Assembly: GCA_050084985.1 (NCBI GenBank)
Contig: JBITNC010000001.1
Coordinates: 201,810,001 to 201,874,000 of the forward strand
DNA: 64,000 nucleotides
Source of the DNA: Nageia nagi
Lineage: Eukaryota > Plantae > Pinophyta
Direction: 5' to 3'
In this document: positions 50,029-64,000 of the stretch, piece by piece
Numbering within the stretch: the first letter of the stretch is position 1
Layout of the letters: every line of letters starts with the position of its first letter
The notes under the pieces: generated by a model
What the model was told of the DNA's origin: nothing
The model's input: only the letters and a program-made list of their open reading frames with translations
Databases searched by the model: none
Made by a program: the position numbers and the translations under genes

Positions 50029-53000
50029 ATGACTTCTAGGGTAAGGCCTACCCCATCCAAGACCAAAAAAGCTTTAGAAACAACTTTTTGAAAGGCATGT
50101 CCCAGACGACCAGATGGAAAGGGTTATGAGGGAAAGTCAGATAGAATTCCAAGAAAGAGAGAAACCAAAGCTCCTTGAAGCCAAATTTAAGAGGAGATTC
50201 ATTTTTGTTGGAGATACAGAGTGGGGAAATGTTGATCCCATCCAAACTATAGGCTCCACTGCCTCCATCAGTAAGGAGAACGTATTGGATGAAGTCGTCC
50301 ATTCTTGTGGACTGTTCAATGCCACCATGATGCCTTTTGTTATTTCATTTTCTGACTTATGTTACGAAGTTTCTAAACGATGCAATTATGGCAAGAGACT
50401 TCTCTTGGACACCGAAGGGAATGTGAACGTGGATTTCTCTCCGAAGGGGATTGAAGCCACCTTTGGCGAGAGAAGATATGGAGATGATTATACCTTGGCT
50501 CAATCAGAAGAATTCCATGACACCATTGTCCGACCTGGAGATTATATTAGAAGATGCTTATGTGATGATTACCAGGGCATCCAGGGCCAAAGATTAATTA
50601 GTGCCCATAGGGAGGAGTTCCTTTCCACAATCGCTAAGTTGATCACTTTGTTTTCCAAAGTCCACAAGTCAAGAAAATGACTCCAAATACAGGAAACAGT
50701 TCATTGGATTTATTGCCATGATCAGTTCAAGAAGAGCTATCCGATGGAGCAAGGTAATCAGTGATGCCTTGTGCCACCAGTTGGCCTACTTTGGTTCTTC
50801 CAGAAGTTTCTACATGAACTCTTACTTAGTGTACATGTTGTTGCATAGCAAGTTCAAGTCGAAGGAGCATGCAGATGAAAGATATCTAGGCAAGAAGGGC
50901 ACCCCGATGTGGCAGATTTATCCAAAATGGTGGTATCATAATAAATTTCGGCACTACTATGAGAGGAACGACCAATGGGAGTATGTCATTAACAAAGAGA
51001 TCAAAAGAGAATCAATAGTCAAGAGGATCTTTGATGCAACTATTCAAGCCATCAGCATACATGCAGACTTCTACCTGCAGTATACTGATCACACATACAT
51101 CAGGGTCTATGGCTCTAAAGAACAGCCCTTACTCCTTCCCAGATATGCCAGTGATAGGATGATTCTCATGGAGTTTGCCAGACACTTATTATTTTTGAAG
51201 GAGTGACTATGGAGAAAGAAGGACACAACCATTAACTTGCCCATTTCCATTGCAAGTTATGTTTGTCAGACTTGGGTTGAGGCCTATAACATGAAGAAGG
51301 AGCTGCAGCAATACGTCTTCTTCAAGGAGGCAACAGCTAGGAATTATGATCAAAGAGGCGTTATCGCCCGGTTCTACAGCATTTCATTCTAGAAACCTGT
51401 TATTTACAAGCATAAATCCTTGGGGAATGTGGAGAAGTGTAGGAATGTGCGAGACAAAGGGTAAATAGACAGATACTCTTTTGAGTAGAAACAAGGCCCC
51501 TCTTAGGTAGAAAAGACGACCTAGAGACCTAGAACTGTGAAAGAAAAATCCAAAGAGGTCCCATTAAGGATCAAAACCCCTCCTTCTACAAATGTTGCAC
51601 CTCCACAAGTCAAAACATCCTTGCTTCCCATTGGGAAAGGACAAGGAACGTCAAGAGAATGTGTCTCAACAGATCCTAGTAAACACAACGTGGTGACTTA
51701 CGCGGAAAAGAAAAGCCAATAGGAGGTGGTTGATCTTAGAGACATTGGTTACCATGATTTTTCTTTGAGCATGCTGGAGAAAGCTTGTGCCAATGATTCC
51801 CCTGTCAAAGAAGCTCCATCAAGACCCACTCATCCTCCTAGATGTAGAGAGAAAGTTCCCCCATTGCAACCAAGTTCCAGTTCTTCCAAACACTCTACTT
51901 CCTCCTTTAATGAAGAAAGTGATGAAGAACCCGATCGTACTGAAGAAGGCTAAGAAGAAGATATAGAGAGCTGGGAAAATGATGAAGAAAGTTGCGGTGA
52001 AGAGGAGGAAGAAGAAGAAGATGATGATGTTGACGATATTGATGTTGATGAAGAATATCTCGGTTAAGAGAATGTAGCTATAGGTGCTTTTGCACCTAAT
52101 GAAACGGAGATTAAAACTCTCTCAAATAATGATGATGACTTGTTCATAGACATTGAAACTTATGATGAAGAAGTCCATATTGTTGGAGTAAGATGTGCCA
52201 AGGAAGTTGGTTCTTCCAAACCCTCTCCTATTGAACATAAAAGGAGGCTCTCATCTTCCCAAAAGCCCTCTGCGAAGAGGACTAGCCATGAGAGATCCCC
52301 TCAACCACGCAGGAATGTTCTATCATTAGGTGGTGGTGGTGGTGGAGACGAAGAAGATTAAGGAGATACCGAGGAACAGAAGAAGAAGAGGAAGCAGGAT
52401 GAGCACCAAGGTAAGGAAGTTGTCCTTGTTCAAACTACTCCAATGAAGGAAGTCAAGAAGATCAATATAGGCCGAGCGTTGGTACAGAGGCTTGCTCCAA
52501 AGCCAGCAACCGAACATCAAGACCTAAGGTCTAAGGATGAGGAAGAGGAGCTCTCCGATGGTGAGAAGGTCAGAAGGGTAAATACTTTTGTCTCTACATC
52601 AAGAAAGGAGATTTCCGTCAGCCACTATTACTTCAAGGAAAAATGTCCACAAAGACACAAGGACTACATGATAGACACATTCAAGATGCCCGTAAAGCTA
52701 GGTCTGATAGCCAAAAAGCACATAGTCACTCAAAATGTTGTTGTCATGGAACAAGAAGGCTATGAGGCTAAGAAAGAGGTGAGAAGACTCAAGAAGGAGC
52801 TCACGGTCAACAAGAAAATCATTAAGGAGTTTCAGATTGAGTACCACCCCTATAGAACTGAAGAAACAAGCCTCGATCCATGTAGCATGGGAGTTGATGA
52901 AGGACCTTTTGAATAAAGAGATGATGGAGACCATTGAGAAGTTATCTTCTCAAGTCTATAGCCTCCTTAAGAAAGGTGTTGAAATCAGAGAACTAAAATC

Positions 53001-53490
53001 CCAAATGACTGCCCTCCTCGAGAAGCTGGATGGTCATCTTGCCACTGTCACCCATCTGCAACAGATTTTTGCTAACAAACCTGAAAAGTTAGTCTACTGC
53101 CACAAGTTCATGTATCAGCAAGACTGGCTTAAGCATGCACTAGGGAAGTGTAACATTGTTTTAAAAGTCAGAATCCCTTTGAGAAAGAAAGTAGAGGAAC
53201 AAATGAGCTAGTATGTATACTAGCTAAAGTTCCAAGGGGAAGATAACAGTGTGCGAAGGAAAGAAGCAATCTTGGCAAAGGCACAAAATTTGATCCAAGC
53301 GCATTTTAAGGTCAAGGATCTCAATCTACTAAAGGCAGGGCAGCCCATTCATCATGAGAGGCAGATGGTCATCTGGAAATTTCATATGCAAGCTACGTCC
53401 AAGCAGATTGGAAACTACTTCAAACAGAATGGCAGCATCGTGGGCATGATTTCCAAAGGAGTAAGAAAGACCGTGTTGTTCTTGGAATAG
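50029..53490 (+). pseudogene. Decayed ~1,150-codon accessory ORF: conserved N-terminal domain, acidic tract, basic patch, C-terminal coiled-coil-like region
   Basis: Consecutive ORF fragments 50114-53490. ATG at 50029 follows a polypyrimidine/CAG acceptor. Homologous to 28660-30110. Confidence 0.85.
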
Positions 53491-55889
53491 ACCACTAAGT
53501 CGTACAATCTCACCAACAAGGAATCAAACTCCGCCAGTACCGGATTAGATCTGGCCTAGATTTGATCCACTCGTAGATTCTCTTTGCGATCATCTTTTCA
53601 ATGTTACATGCATATTGTTGGAGGTTGTTGTATTTAGACTTCATTTACTTGATTTGACTCACCAGATCAAATCTATCAGACTCATTTACGGCTCTAACTA
53701 GTGCAAGGATGAGGTTTTGCTCCCACCAATTAGATGTCAAACATTTATTGCATATCTGATTTTCTTTTTGCATGGGTTAGAGGTAGATTAGACATTTTGT
53801 GGCTATGGCATTTATATTTTGTCAATTTTTAAATGCCACTTGCATAGTTTTTTATCAGATATCAGATTTTGCATTGGTATGTGTGTTGCATGTGAGCACA
53901 CCATATCAAATCTAATGCCTTTAGGGCAACAATTCTAGTGACGTATTTATACCCCACTTGGGCCATTTAGAAGAGGATTTTTCCATATAGGTGTTTTTTG
54001 CATGTGAAAGATTTCAGCATTCCATTGCATAAAAATTTGATGCATAAGGGATTCTTTGCACATCATGGTTGCATATTGTTACATCTCTGGTGCATTTTGA
54101 ATATCATATTGAGGGTACTGCAATCAAGAAAGGAATGTTTCTGTTTATATTATTGAATCTCATTGACAGTTGATTTCTTTCTGGAATAGTTTTGTAAACT
54201 AAATGTCGTGAAGATTATCATTTATGGGATCATGCATCTTGTCCTGTAAGCCTCTCTTGCTGGTTTGGGTACTTTTTACTGGTTAAGTGTATTCTCTTTG
54301 AAAACTGCGATTTTTAAGGAAAGATGATTGAATATCTTTGGACATAGTTTAAATTGTTCATTGCATGATTTGCATGTAATTGGATGTATTTTGTGATGTA
54401 TAGCTTATCTCTATGTCATTCAGTTAGAATTTATGTATTCACATGTTTGTCTTTTCCCTTCATTCAATTTCCATTGAGTCTCCCACCATAGACACTACAA
54501 CTTCCCGCTCTCGTCTGGCAGTAACTTGAGCTTTTGCTATTTGTTGCTCGGCTTGATCAGTGAATACATTTTCTTAAAGAACTCGGAGATGACCTGCCAA
54601 GACACTGCATCGTTGGTGATACCTTCATAAGTCCATTATTCATATTCCTATGCATTTACCCTGCAATTGTGATCTTTCTTCGCGTTCGTTCACATTTGCA
54701 ATCTTTCCTCTTTGAGGAAAAGAATTCTGACAATGAATTTCCCTTGTTTACGATTAACAACATGCATCTTTTTCCATTGTGCCCTAGTCCATATTCCATG
54801 TGAGCGCTTGCGGTAACCAATCCTTTCAAGCGGAAACAAGTAACGATGTTTTCTCCAAGTCTTGTGCATGTTTTGGGTGAGGAAAGAAAAACATACCAAC
54901 AGGGCCCAAAGGGCTGATGTCTGGCTCAAAGGACCAATTTTGAAGCTCAACGAACTCAATGTGCACCAAAAAGGTTGACATCATAGTGCAAGGGCCTCTA
55001 ACTCCTGGATCTGACTGACGTCTGGCTCAAAGGACCAAATCTGAAGCTCAACGAACTCAATGTGCACCAAAAAGGTTGATGTCATAATGCAAGGGCCTCT
55101 AACTCCTAGATCTGAGATGAAGAACAAAAACAATACTCCCTTAAACAATGGATGCTCCACCAAAGGGCTATCCCCATGCCTGGATCCCGAAGGAGAAGTG
55201 ATGCCACTAGATAAGACTAAGGGTTTCCATCTTTAGCCAAGATCTAGTGAGGTTTGCATTCCACTAAACCCTTCCTTTGCTAGGTTTTTGTCCAACAAGA
55301 GGCCCAAGAGATGATTGTGTGCCACACTCCAAAGATAGAAGATGTCAAATATGCCAAAGATGCCTTCACAATGATGTGCTCCTCCTTTATATAGCTTGAT
55401 GCCTCATCCTAGATCTAGATCTCACATTGTTGTTTCAGATATGATGAACCTTAAGAGAGACATTATGACAAACCTTAAACGTAAACTAGAAACTTTGCCA
55501 CATGAGACTAAATTGGTATGTAAGTTTTGTGACAAAGAAGACATGCTAGATTTAGGAGATGATGACAGGTATGAATCAGATTTTTATCCATTTATAACAT
55601 TGATAAAGAGGGCTCATTTGAGACTTTTTGGGAACCCTCTTGGAACCATTTAGAGTCATAGATCAGCCATGATATGACTACTATGAGGTATGATATCGAT
55701 TCTGATTTTTATGACAGCTCTTTGAGATATTATGGAAAATATATATTGATTGCATTGATAAATGGTAAGGATGAAATTGAGTATTGGTTGAATTTAGCCA
55801 ATTGGTTTGGTACGCATTGGGATACATTATGTAAAGGGACAGATACAATAGATTGAAAACTTGATGGGGTTGCATCAGAAAGTATTTTT

Positions 55890-56015
55890 GTAATTCCAAT
55901 AGTCACCTTTCAAGGCTGTCGCCACAAGTCAATCTCAAGGCAATGCACCTCATTGTCTTTGCAAAAACAGGATCCACAAAATCTTGTATTTTGGGTGTGT
56001 TGTGCAGACACAACA
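55890..56015 (-). mobile_element. Short 5' terminal fragment of the giant-LTR family
   Basis: TGTTGTGTCTGCACAACACACCCAAAATACAAG on minus. Confidence 0.7.
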
Positions 56016-57543
56016 CGTTGTGGTCCTGCAAGGTAGGAAAGAAATCAACACCAACACAACCCCTTTGGATCGATGCTAAAAATTTTCCTATTCTCCTAGG
56101 TCACATCCCTGGTAGGAGTGGCCTCCTCTTAGCAATCCCTCTCATTCCTCCGACACAATGCAACCTCCTCTTCACATTTTCTCTCCTCCCTTGGATCCCT
56201 CTCCCGTAGGGAAGGGGATCTTCTAGGTTGGGGCATCATAGGGCTTTCCCCATGCCCTACACCTCTCTTCAATGCATCTTTTTTGGTCGCCCTTTCATTT
56301 TGGATATGCATTTGATCTGCTAGGATTTTCATCATGGCCATTAAAGCATCAAATTTCTGGTCGATCAAATCCTGAGGTGGAATTTCCCTTTCCTCCTCTT
56401 GAAATTCTTCCTCCACCTCAAACGTATGCTCAGGGGGGTTCATCCAACTTTTTCGGGCAGAATCTCCAGTAGACTTCACTATGTCCTCCTTGGATCTGGT
56501 ATGGAGGGCCTTGGGAGTCTTCTTCCTCTTGCATTTGTAAACTTTCTCAGCCAATTGCATCCACAAATCCTACACACAAGATGGCGGGAATTTGGCTTTG
56601 ATACCACTGTGATGTGCCTAAATTATTACTATGCCAAATTATTATTCCAGGAAACCCAATGTTACACATCAAGACAAGAAATGATGCCAATCACATAAAT
56701 TAAGTTCAAAAATGCCAACGTCACATAAGAATGCTCAATTATGACACAAAATATGGGAACCAAGGCCCCACACCCCAATATATCATCAAAATGGAGCTAA
56801 TACAATGCAATAAGCCAGATAGGCTTGACATCTGACTCTATGGACCAGATCTAGCACTCAATAAGGAATGTTGATGTTTGGATCTGGGTGTGAGCAACTA
56901 AAGAACTGAAGTAACCAAAGGTCAAGGGATATGTCAACCAAATCTAATGGGGTTTTCTTCCCACTAGTTCAAGGTTTTGTCCACAGAAGGCCTAAGAGAT
57001 GACTCCACGCCACACTCCGAATGAAGGATAACAAGTATGACCAAAAGCTACCCCCAAATGATGTGCCAAGCCCCTAAATAGCTAGACGTCTCATTAGGTG
57101 GCCTATATCTTGCTTAGGAATCCATGCCAGGGAAACACCACAAGAATACATCCGTGGGGGGTCTTGAAATGAGGTGCATTTACAAAGAGTTATCTTAAGC
57201 TTGGCGCTAGGATTCCACCTTGAGATGAGCACAAACAAGCCGTTGGGCCATTATTATTAAATAAAAAAGCATTAAATGACTCTATCTATCCAAGGAGGGT
57301 GATGTCCCATTTTGGGGCTCACAATTTGACTTTAATACCCAATGCTTAGTTACAATTAATGCCTAAGTACAAATGCAATGGCTAAATTAGCACTTCTAAC
57401 TACAAAATCACCCTTAGCAAAACATTACTAAATTACTTAATTTTGTACCCAAACATCCCCTAAGGGTGGATGTCAAGCTCCCAATGGACCCCATGGGTCT
57501 TATCATGTACAAAAAGGCATAGGTATAAAAAAGGAACATGACA
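56016..57543 (-). mobile_element. Gypsy 5' end: LTR 56608-57543, PBS 56595-56606, gag N-terminus
   Basis: Reverse-complement PBS GCTTTGATACCA next to TGTGATG; ORF 56129-56566 with RRSPSLRE. Confidence 0.78.
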
Positions 57544-58056
57544 CAAAAATGGCACAAATACAATCCCAAACTTTGTGAAAAGCACAGTCCTCAAAGCTTC
57601 CATTAATGAGTAACTAGTAGCCACTTAAACAACCTTCAAATTGGCAGCAACTGTCCTAACAGCAGTCCATGAAGGGTGAGCAGCATACCCTAAATCAGCC
57701 TCTAACAATTTATCAATGGCAGCAATTATTATGACACTATTTGCAGTCTCCCAAACATGAACTTTAGTTCCAGCCAATAAAGGAAGTGCAGCTCTTGTTC
57801 TCCCATTTAATTTCATCAAAAGGGCTGCCCTCATCGTCCATGATATGGCATCTTCAATGTATCATAGATGCAACCCAAAACAGTGTTGTGGCAACCTCCT
57901 TGGAGTGTAAAACAATGCTCATTCTTTTATTGACATCCAACCATCTTAGGATTAAAGGGACCCACTCTAACCTTGTCTTCCTAAGGCCATTCTCCATCAT
58001 CCTACTATTGTTGTGATTCAAAACCAAATTAAAGACTGTTGCATACCTTTTCCAAG

Positions 58057-61000
58057 CAAGGTTGTAAAACTCAGACTCGAGAATTACCCGGCCAAGAAAA
58101 ATCTGGAGAGTACTCGGCAAAAACGCGGTACCAAAACTCGTCAAAAAAAAACACGAACATTTTATGAAACAAAACACAAAAACATATTCAAATATGGAAT
58201 TAGAGAGCTGCAATGATCATTGATTGTTTGTGGCCATTAATGATCATCAAAAATAGTGAATACAACAATGTATATAGTCATAACTCAAAAGTAAAGTAGT
58301 TCTAAACTTCTAAATAGTAAAGTCTAAAGATTGCTAGTGCTGGAATAAAAACTAAGTCTAGACTCTAAGAGTCTAACTCTAAAGTTCTAAACTACTAGTG
58401 TTGCAATCAGTGCAATGGGCTCTTTCCCCTTGTCCTGGTCCTCTTATATGTCCTCAGCTCACTCCTCACAGCACGTGGTGGTGAAGGATGTGGCACTGGC
58501 ACATCCTCATCCCCAATAGAATGCTCAACCTCATGTATGTATTCATCCTCATACTCATCCTCAGGCTCCACATAAATTGCAGTTGCTGTAGTAGATGTAC
58601 CTTCACCTACTCTAGATGCATCTTCATCTGTTGCTTCCCTTTCAAGTCGCTCGATGTCCTCCTCAATGAAGATGGCTTCCACATCTTCAACAACCCAATC
58701 TACTATGGGATCCATAGAATCTAGGTCAATGGCATCATAGCAATCTATGCCCTCCACTTGTCTAACATGAAGACGAAGATTGTATTGAACGAACACAAGG
58801 TCAATCAGGCGCTGCTGCCTCAACCTGTTGTGTCTCTTTGTGTGAACGCTCTCAAAATGGACCAATTGCGCTCACACCCAAAAGCACTACAAGGCTGACT
58901 CAATATCCTCACTGCCATCCTTTGAAGATTTGGACACCGACCACCATTATCTTCCCACCAACAATCTATGAAAAAGGAATTACAATTTCAAAAACTCAAT
59001 CTAGCTTTTATAAAATACTAAATTACTAATAGTAAAAAGACCACATTTATAATTTTATTGATTTTAGATTATTACCTAGTCGCAAAGTGTTCCTCGACAT
59101 TTTACAAATAACTAAAGAAAGAACCCTCCCTTCGACCTTCTTGTAGGCCTACATCTCTTCTAGAACAAGAGCCCTAAGATTATCATCAAGGATCATCCTC
59201 TCAATGCAACTATAGAAGCCATTCATAACCTCATTATCAGCCTCAAAATTATCAACATAAAAAAACTTGGAGTTCAAGTAGTACCCCGCTGCATGTAGAG
59301 GTCGATGGAGATGATGGGTCCATCTCCTATCAATGATACTCTCAAGGGCATCCAATTTATTTTTTTTTCTTTCATACATATGTTGAACAGCCCCATTTGC
59401 CCTATCCATGGCCTCATATAGATAGCCCATCGGCATCAAATCACCATCTACAAGACGAAGAACCTTGACACAAGGTTGTGTGATCTAAAAATCATTAAAA
59501 AAAACAAATTTAGATTTAGATAAAGAAAAATACAAACTACAAAGTTACAAAGCTACAAACTAAAACTTGAAAAATAAAAAAACATAAAAGAAAGAATTTA
59601 AATTACCTTCAAGCCTCATCAACGTCCTTCCAAAACAAGTCATCAAACACTATCTTTTGGACCTTCTCCCTATCATCACTATGACAAAAAAAAGACTCCC
59701 TCCATTTATCACTAATAAGCATCCTCTTAAGAGGAGCTTCTACTTCAAAGAGGCTTTGTAATGCAAGAAAATTGGAGGCAAATCTAGTGATACCTGGACA
59801 AATGATCTCCTTGCCACCCGTGTGCTCTCATCAAACTAAGCACCCAAGTGTGGTTGTAGATGAATTTGGTAATTATTTTTGCTTCATCAACCACATTTTT
59901 AATCCATATGAGCTTGCCCATGTCCTCTAGCATAAGGTTAATCACATGGGAAACGCATGGGCTCCAAAATAAGGTTTTATACTTCCTTTCAAGCATTTTA
60001 CATGCAGAAACATATGCTAAAGCATTGTCTATCACAACTTGGACAACATTCTCCACACCCACTTCCAACACCACTTCCTCAAGCAATTTGAAAATCAGCA
60101 ATGCATCTTTTATTTTATGAGATGCATCAATCGACTTCAAGAAGACTATTGATCCACTTGATGCCACCATGAAGTAGAGTAGTGTACAGTTCTTCGTATC
60201 TGTCCATCCATCTGACTTAATAGTGCATCCATGTTTGCACCAATTCTTTTTTTTGCTCATCTACTATGGCATGTGTAGTAAGTACTGCATCCTATAGCAA
60301 AGGACCACTAAAATCCTTTGCGATAGGGGCCTTCATCCCTCTTCCAACATTGATGAATGCATTCACCATGGCTGGCCAATAAGAACTACTTGCAACATTA
60401 AAAGAAATGTTGCAATAGTACCAAAAATTTGCAGCTGCTCTTCGGCCTGCTTGGATTTTATCTTTTCCCCATGATGTAGTGTCAAGGCAAGGTTGTGCCT
60501 CTGTAGGAGGAACAAAGAAACCTTCCATGGTTTATGCCTCACTGAACCTGGAAGTGTTGAATTTTCTTTTGGCTCTAAACATGGATCTTGGGCAAAGAAA
60601 GAATTTGACACTGAATCTTCAAAGCTCACGTTCCCCCCAATCCTTGCACCAACTGCCATCTTGGTCTTTTGCTTTTCTACCTTCTTTTGTGAGGATGTAG
60701 CAAGTAAATCTTGCATCTCACATATAACCTCGGTAGGTACAGCAAGACAAAGTGCTACATCTTTACCAGGTATCCTTGCAAGATGATATTTTAATCTATT
60801 GATAGCACCCCTATAAGGTCTTTTGCAAAAATTGCAAATCACTTGACCTACAAGATCACCCTTTGTGCCATACTTCCAAGCAATATGTCCCTGGTGGTTG
60901 AGGAGGAGGTGCATTCGAATGGACATCATCTTCAATTTCCATCTGGAAAGTGAAAAAAGTAAAATTCCTATTAAAAAACCTATAAAACCTTAACCCTAAT

Positions 61001-61508
61001 TTACAAAGAAAAATCACAAAATATTCCAAAAATAACAATACCCTTTTGAAGTATAGGCATTAACATTTAGATACAAAGGAAAAAAAATTTCCATGGTGAA
61101 ATTAAAAAAAAAAAGCCAAAAACCCTACCTCTTCAAATGCATGGTGAAAATTAAAAAACACACAACCGGATCACAAGATCTTGAGAAATCTATGGTGAAA
61201 TGCTAAAAATCCACGATGAAGCTCTTCATATTGATGTTGAAACTTTGGATCTTCAAAAACCAACCTGGAGAGCAAAAACAATGAGCAAAATGGAGAAAAA
61301 GTCCAAACTCGGAATGAAATGGGCAAATTAGAGGGGTTGACTATCTTAAAAAACGCAAAATTTGGCTTTGATTTACCGATAGCCGAGTACTCACCGATTT
61401 CTTGTGAGTTTCCTAGTCAGTTACTCGCCATTACTCGACAATCTCGAGTTTCACCCCCCCTACCGACTCGTAGTTTCCCGTCGATTTCTCGCGAGTTTTC
61501 CTTCATTG
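58057..61508 (-). mobile_element. hAT transposon (3,452 bp)
   Basis: TIRs CAAGGTTGTAAAACTC / GAGTTTTCCTTCATTG, 8-bp TSD tttccaag/tttgcaag, ACTCG subterminal repeats. Confidence 0.92.
58407..60945 (-). pseudogene. hAT transposase (BED finger, DUF659, hATC dimerisation domain), intron-containing and frameshifted
   Basis: CNFC...RLKYHL, GCTIKSDGWTD, LFWSPCVSH, PMGYLYEAMD, PLHAAGYYLN, HTKRHNRL...DLVFVQYNLRL. Confidence 0.93.
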
Positions 61509-64000
61509 TTTGCAAGTACTCCCATGGTTGTTCCAAAGTCTTCCAAGGATCCCAATGATGCTCTAGAGAGTGGACATCTAGGATTGGATCTTTGTGAATC
61601 AAAGGTTCTATACCTCCAAACAATGACAGATGGCTGTTATAAAAATCAGATTTAATGCCATACCTATTTGCAGCATCTACATAATGGTTCAAACTTTCAA
61701 GAAGGCACAAATGATGCTCCCAAGGCTGTATGTTCCTTGCCAGGGCTGAGTTTGCATGAATTGGATGTGTAATGCTCCTTTCTAGATCCTCCAAATCCAA
61801 ACGCTCCTCTTTGTAAGCTGAAACTGCAAGAGAGATGCCTCCAATGGCCTCGATGCCTTCATCCTTCATGTCCTCATCTAGATATGAAATAGGATCATCA
61901 ATTACCTCTTCAAAGGAAGCACCACAATTTGATTTCGCACCATATTCATCCACATCATGTGAATGATTTTCGATCCCATTAACCGCTGTTGTTCCTTCTT
62001 TCACATCGTTCTCCTCTTCATTTCTTAGATCAAAGCAATCTAAGATTCATTGGTTGAATTCATCAAAAGTGCAAATGAAGCTATGATCCTGGTTATCCTC
62101 ACCATGATGCCACCATTCTTGTGCTAATCCATCCAAGTGCAAGATGGTAATCTGCAATGAATCTCCCTCAGATATGAGATTGAGTGTGATGAAGGTCTTC
62201 AACTTGTGCAACCATGCCCTAATTAAGATTTCCCCTTCTCCATCAAAAAGTGAGATCCTATCCAACCCCATAGTCTCCTCATGCTTCTTTGATGACTCAT
62301 ATGTTCCTTGGCCCATGATCTCTAGATAATTTTGATAGCTGACCTCTTCCTTGAACTCCTCGGAATTCTCTTGGTAGATCTAGAACAAGATTCCACCCTG
62401 GGAGGAGATCTTCGCTCCAAGTGTGGCCATGGTAGTGGAGATGGACGCAAAGGTAGTGGGTGCTCTGGTGTACTCATGTGACCATTCTCCCTTCCAATCT
62501 TTTTTTCATGTTGCTTCATGAGATACAAGAATAGATCATCCTTTTCTTCATGATGAACGCCTATTAGGGTTACCTTCTTGAGCAACTTTTGTACTAGATA
62601 TAGGGTTGCATCCCATTTCAACGTTCTTGATATAGATCTAAATGGTTCTTCTCTATCCATCTCCATAGGAGGCAAGATCTTAGCTCTGATACCACAATGA
62701 TGTTCTTTGTTCCAAATTAATTACAAAATGTGCAAATGGATTAGAATGAGAATACAATGCAACATACAAAAATACTAAATGCATAAGAAAATATAGATCA
62801 AGTGCCAACGCCTCAATATGTATTAATGATAAAGCAAGTAAAGAAAATATGCCCAATAGGCTAACGTCTGGCTCAAGGAACCATATCTAGGGCATGACAC
62901 TCAAATAACCACCTGGAAATTTGACATCACACTACTAAGGCCTTTAACCCTAGGATCTAACATGAAGAACTAAATGGATTAAGAGTTTCCATCCTTAGCC
63001 AAGATCTAATGAGGGTTTCGTCCCACTAACCCTTCCCTTGCTAGGTTGTTGTCCAATAAGAGGCCCAAGAGATGACTCTATGTCACGCTCTGAACGCAAA
63101 CAGTATAATGTGTATGAATAAGCCAAAGATATCTTTACAATGATGTGCTCCTCCTTTATATAGCTTCATCTAGATTTAGATCTCACCTTGGAATCATGCT
63201 AGGCTAGGTTCCTTGTAGTCACCACAATCAGTCCTCGTAGTCACCACAATTATCTAAAATGCTAATAAACACTCCTAACTATAAAAGGGTACATAAAGAC
63301 TCCTAATTATATAGCTCACTCCTAGATACAATCAACTACTAACTCATATCCTTAGGAGAGGGATGTCACATAGATAAATCCTATTAAATGGGGGAAAACA
63401 GTAATTTCTCGTGCCAACAACTGTAGAGGACTGGTTTGGTAGGCGAACTTCAAAATACAATATTCCACTCGTTTCTTTATGAAACCATGTCGTATAACCT
63501 ATCAAAACGTTTGGCACAATATGCTCTATCCAATCCAAGAGACGAATCAACAATCTGTGACTTGTGGCGAAGGATAATAATAAGAAAAAAGAATGGAAAT
63601 AAGTTTGGAACATTACAGTAGTTGAATATTTTTGCATAATTATGAGTTGAAGCAAGAGAAGTTATAACAAAGTTTTAGCTTAAGTTTGTAAGATATTCAA
63701 TGTTGATATCTCATGATGTTATATTGTAACAACCATATTTTGAAGCATACGAAAGAGAGCCATCGATTCAAGTTTGAAACCTTGAATCGATTCTAGAATA
63801 AAATTTAAATTTTGTTTACTAAGTTGCAGGAAACCTGTAAAACAGATGTGTTCCCGTTTCAAAAACCTCCGGAAACTTGTAAAACCTCATCTATAAAGGT
63901 CTATTTTGGATTTTACCTTGTGTAATCATCTATGGGTGTTAATATAGATATGGTTTTCCTTCTAAAATGTTATTTATGTATATCATTCTTATTTTTTTGC

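Larger units (their letters stand above)
47856..54901 (+). mobile_element. 7,046-bp giant solo-LTR-like element with an internal gene
   Basis: TGTTG...CAACA ends and perfect GGGCC TSD (47851-47855, 54902-54906). No terminal direct repeats, PBS, gag or pol seen inside. Confidence 0.88.
47668..55425 (-). mobile_element. Host LTR (47668-47855 plus 54907-55425) split by the giant LTR; contains a 101-bp tandem duplication at 54914-55115
   Basis: The rejoined sequence CAATAGGGCC|CAAAGGGCTGATGTCTGGCTC matches uninterrupted family members (~15295, ~62850). Confidence 0.8.
57544..63370 (-). mobile_element. Non-autonomous gypsy element: LTR ~62696-63370, PBS 62683-62694, gag, unknown ORF; interrupted by a hAT
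   Basis: Perfect reverse-complement PBS. gag motif LFDG...AWLHKL...LHLDGLAQEWW...FDEF. The downstream ORF lacks pol motifs. Confidence 0.78.

Noticed and set aside
47856-54901. Reading the 7-kb unit as a TIR DNA transposon (Mutator/CACTA/hAT)
   Set aside because: Only 5-bp inverted ends, a 5-bp TSD and no DDE transposase motifs seen; these features fit LTR integrase products.

Overview
AT-rich plant nuclear DNA, most likely from a large-genome gymnosperm (inferred from intron size and TE style; not provable here). One host gene is visible on the minus strand: an RluA-family RNA pseudouridine synthase (plant 'RNA pseudouridine synthase 7'/RPUSD2-like). Four internal exons are present (46839-46904, 6851-6907, 6344-6469, 5690-6171), with a 39.9-kb intron between the first two. 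The catalytic HRLD exon and the final exon were not found, so the whole window probably lies inside this gene. The rest is nested, decayed TEs: chromovirus-like Ty3/gypsy LTRs (three solo LTRs and one deleted element with 5-bp TSDs), three hAT elements with 8-bp TSDs, and Copia and LINE remnants. The most striking object is a 7,046-bp TGTTG...CAACA unit flanked by a perfect GGGCC TSD (47856-54901). It behaves like a giant solo LTR but contains a TATA box, a 3' splice site and a ~3.4-kb non-gag/pol reading frame. A diverged second copy (28660-33445, minus) has the same terminus-repeats-TATA-splice site-ORF layout, suggesting a retrotransposon family with an accessory gene inside its LTR.
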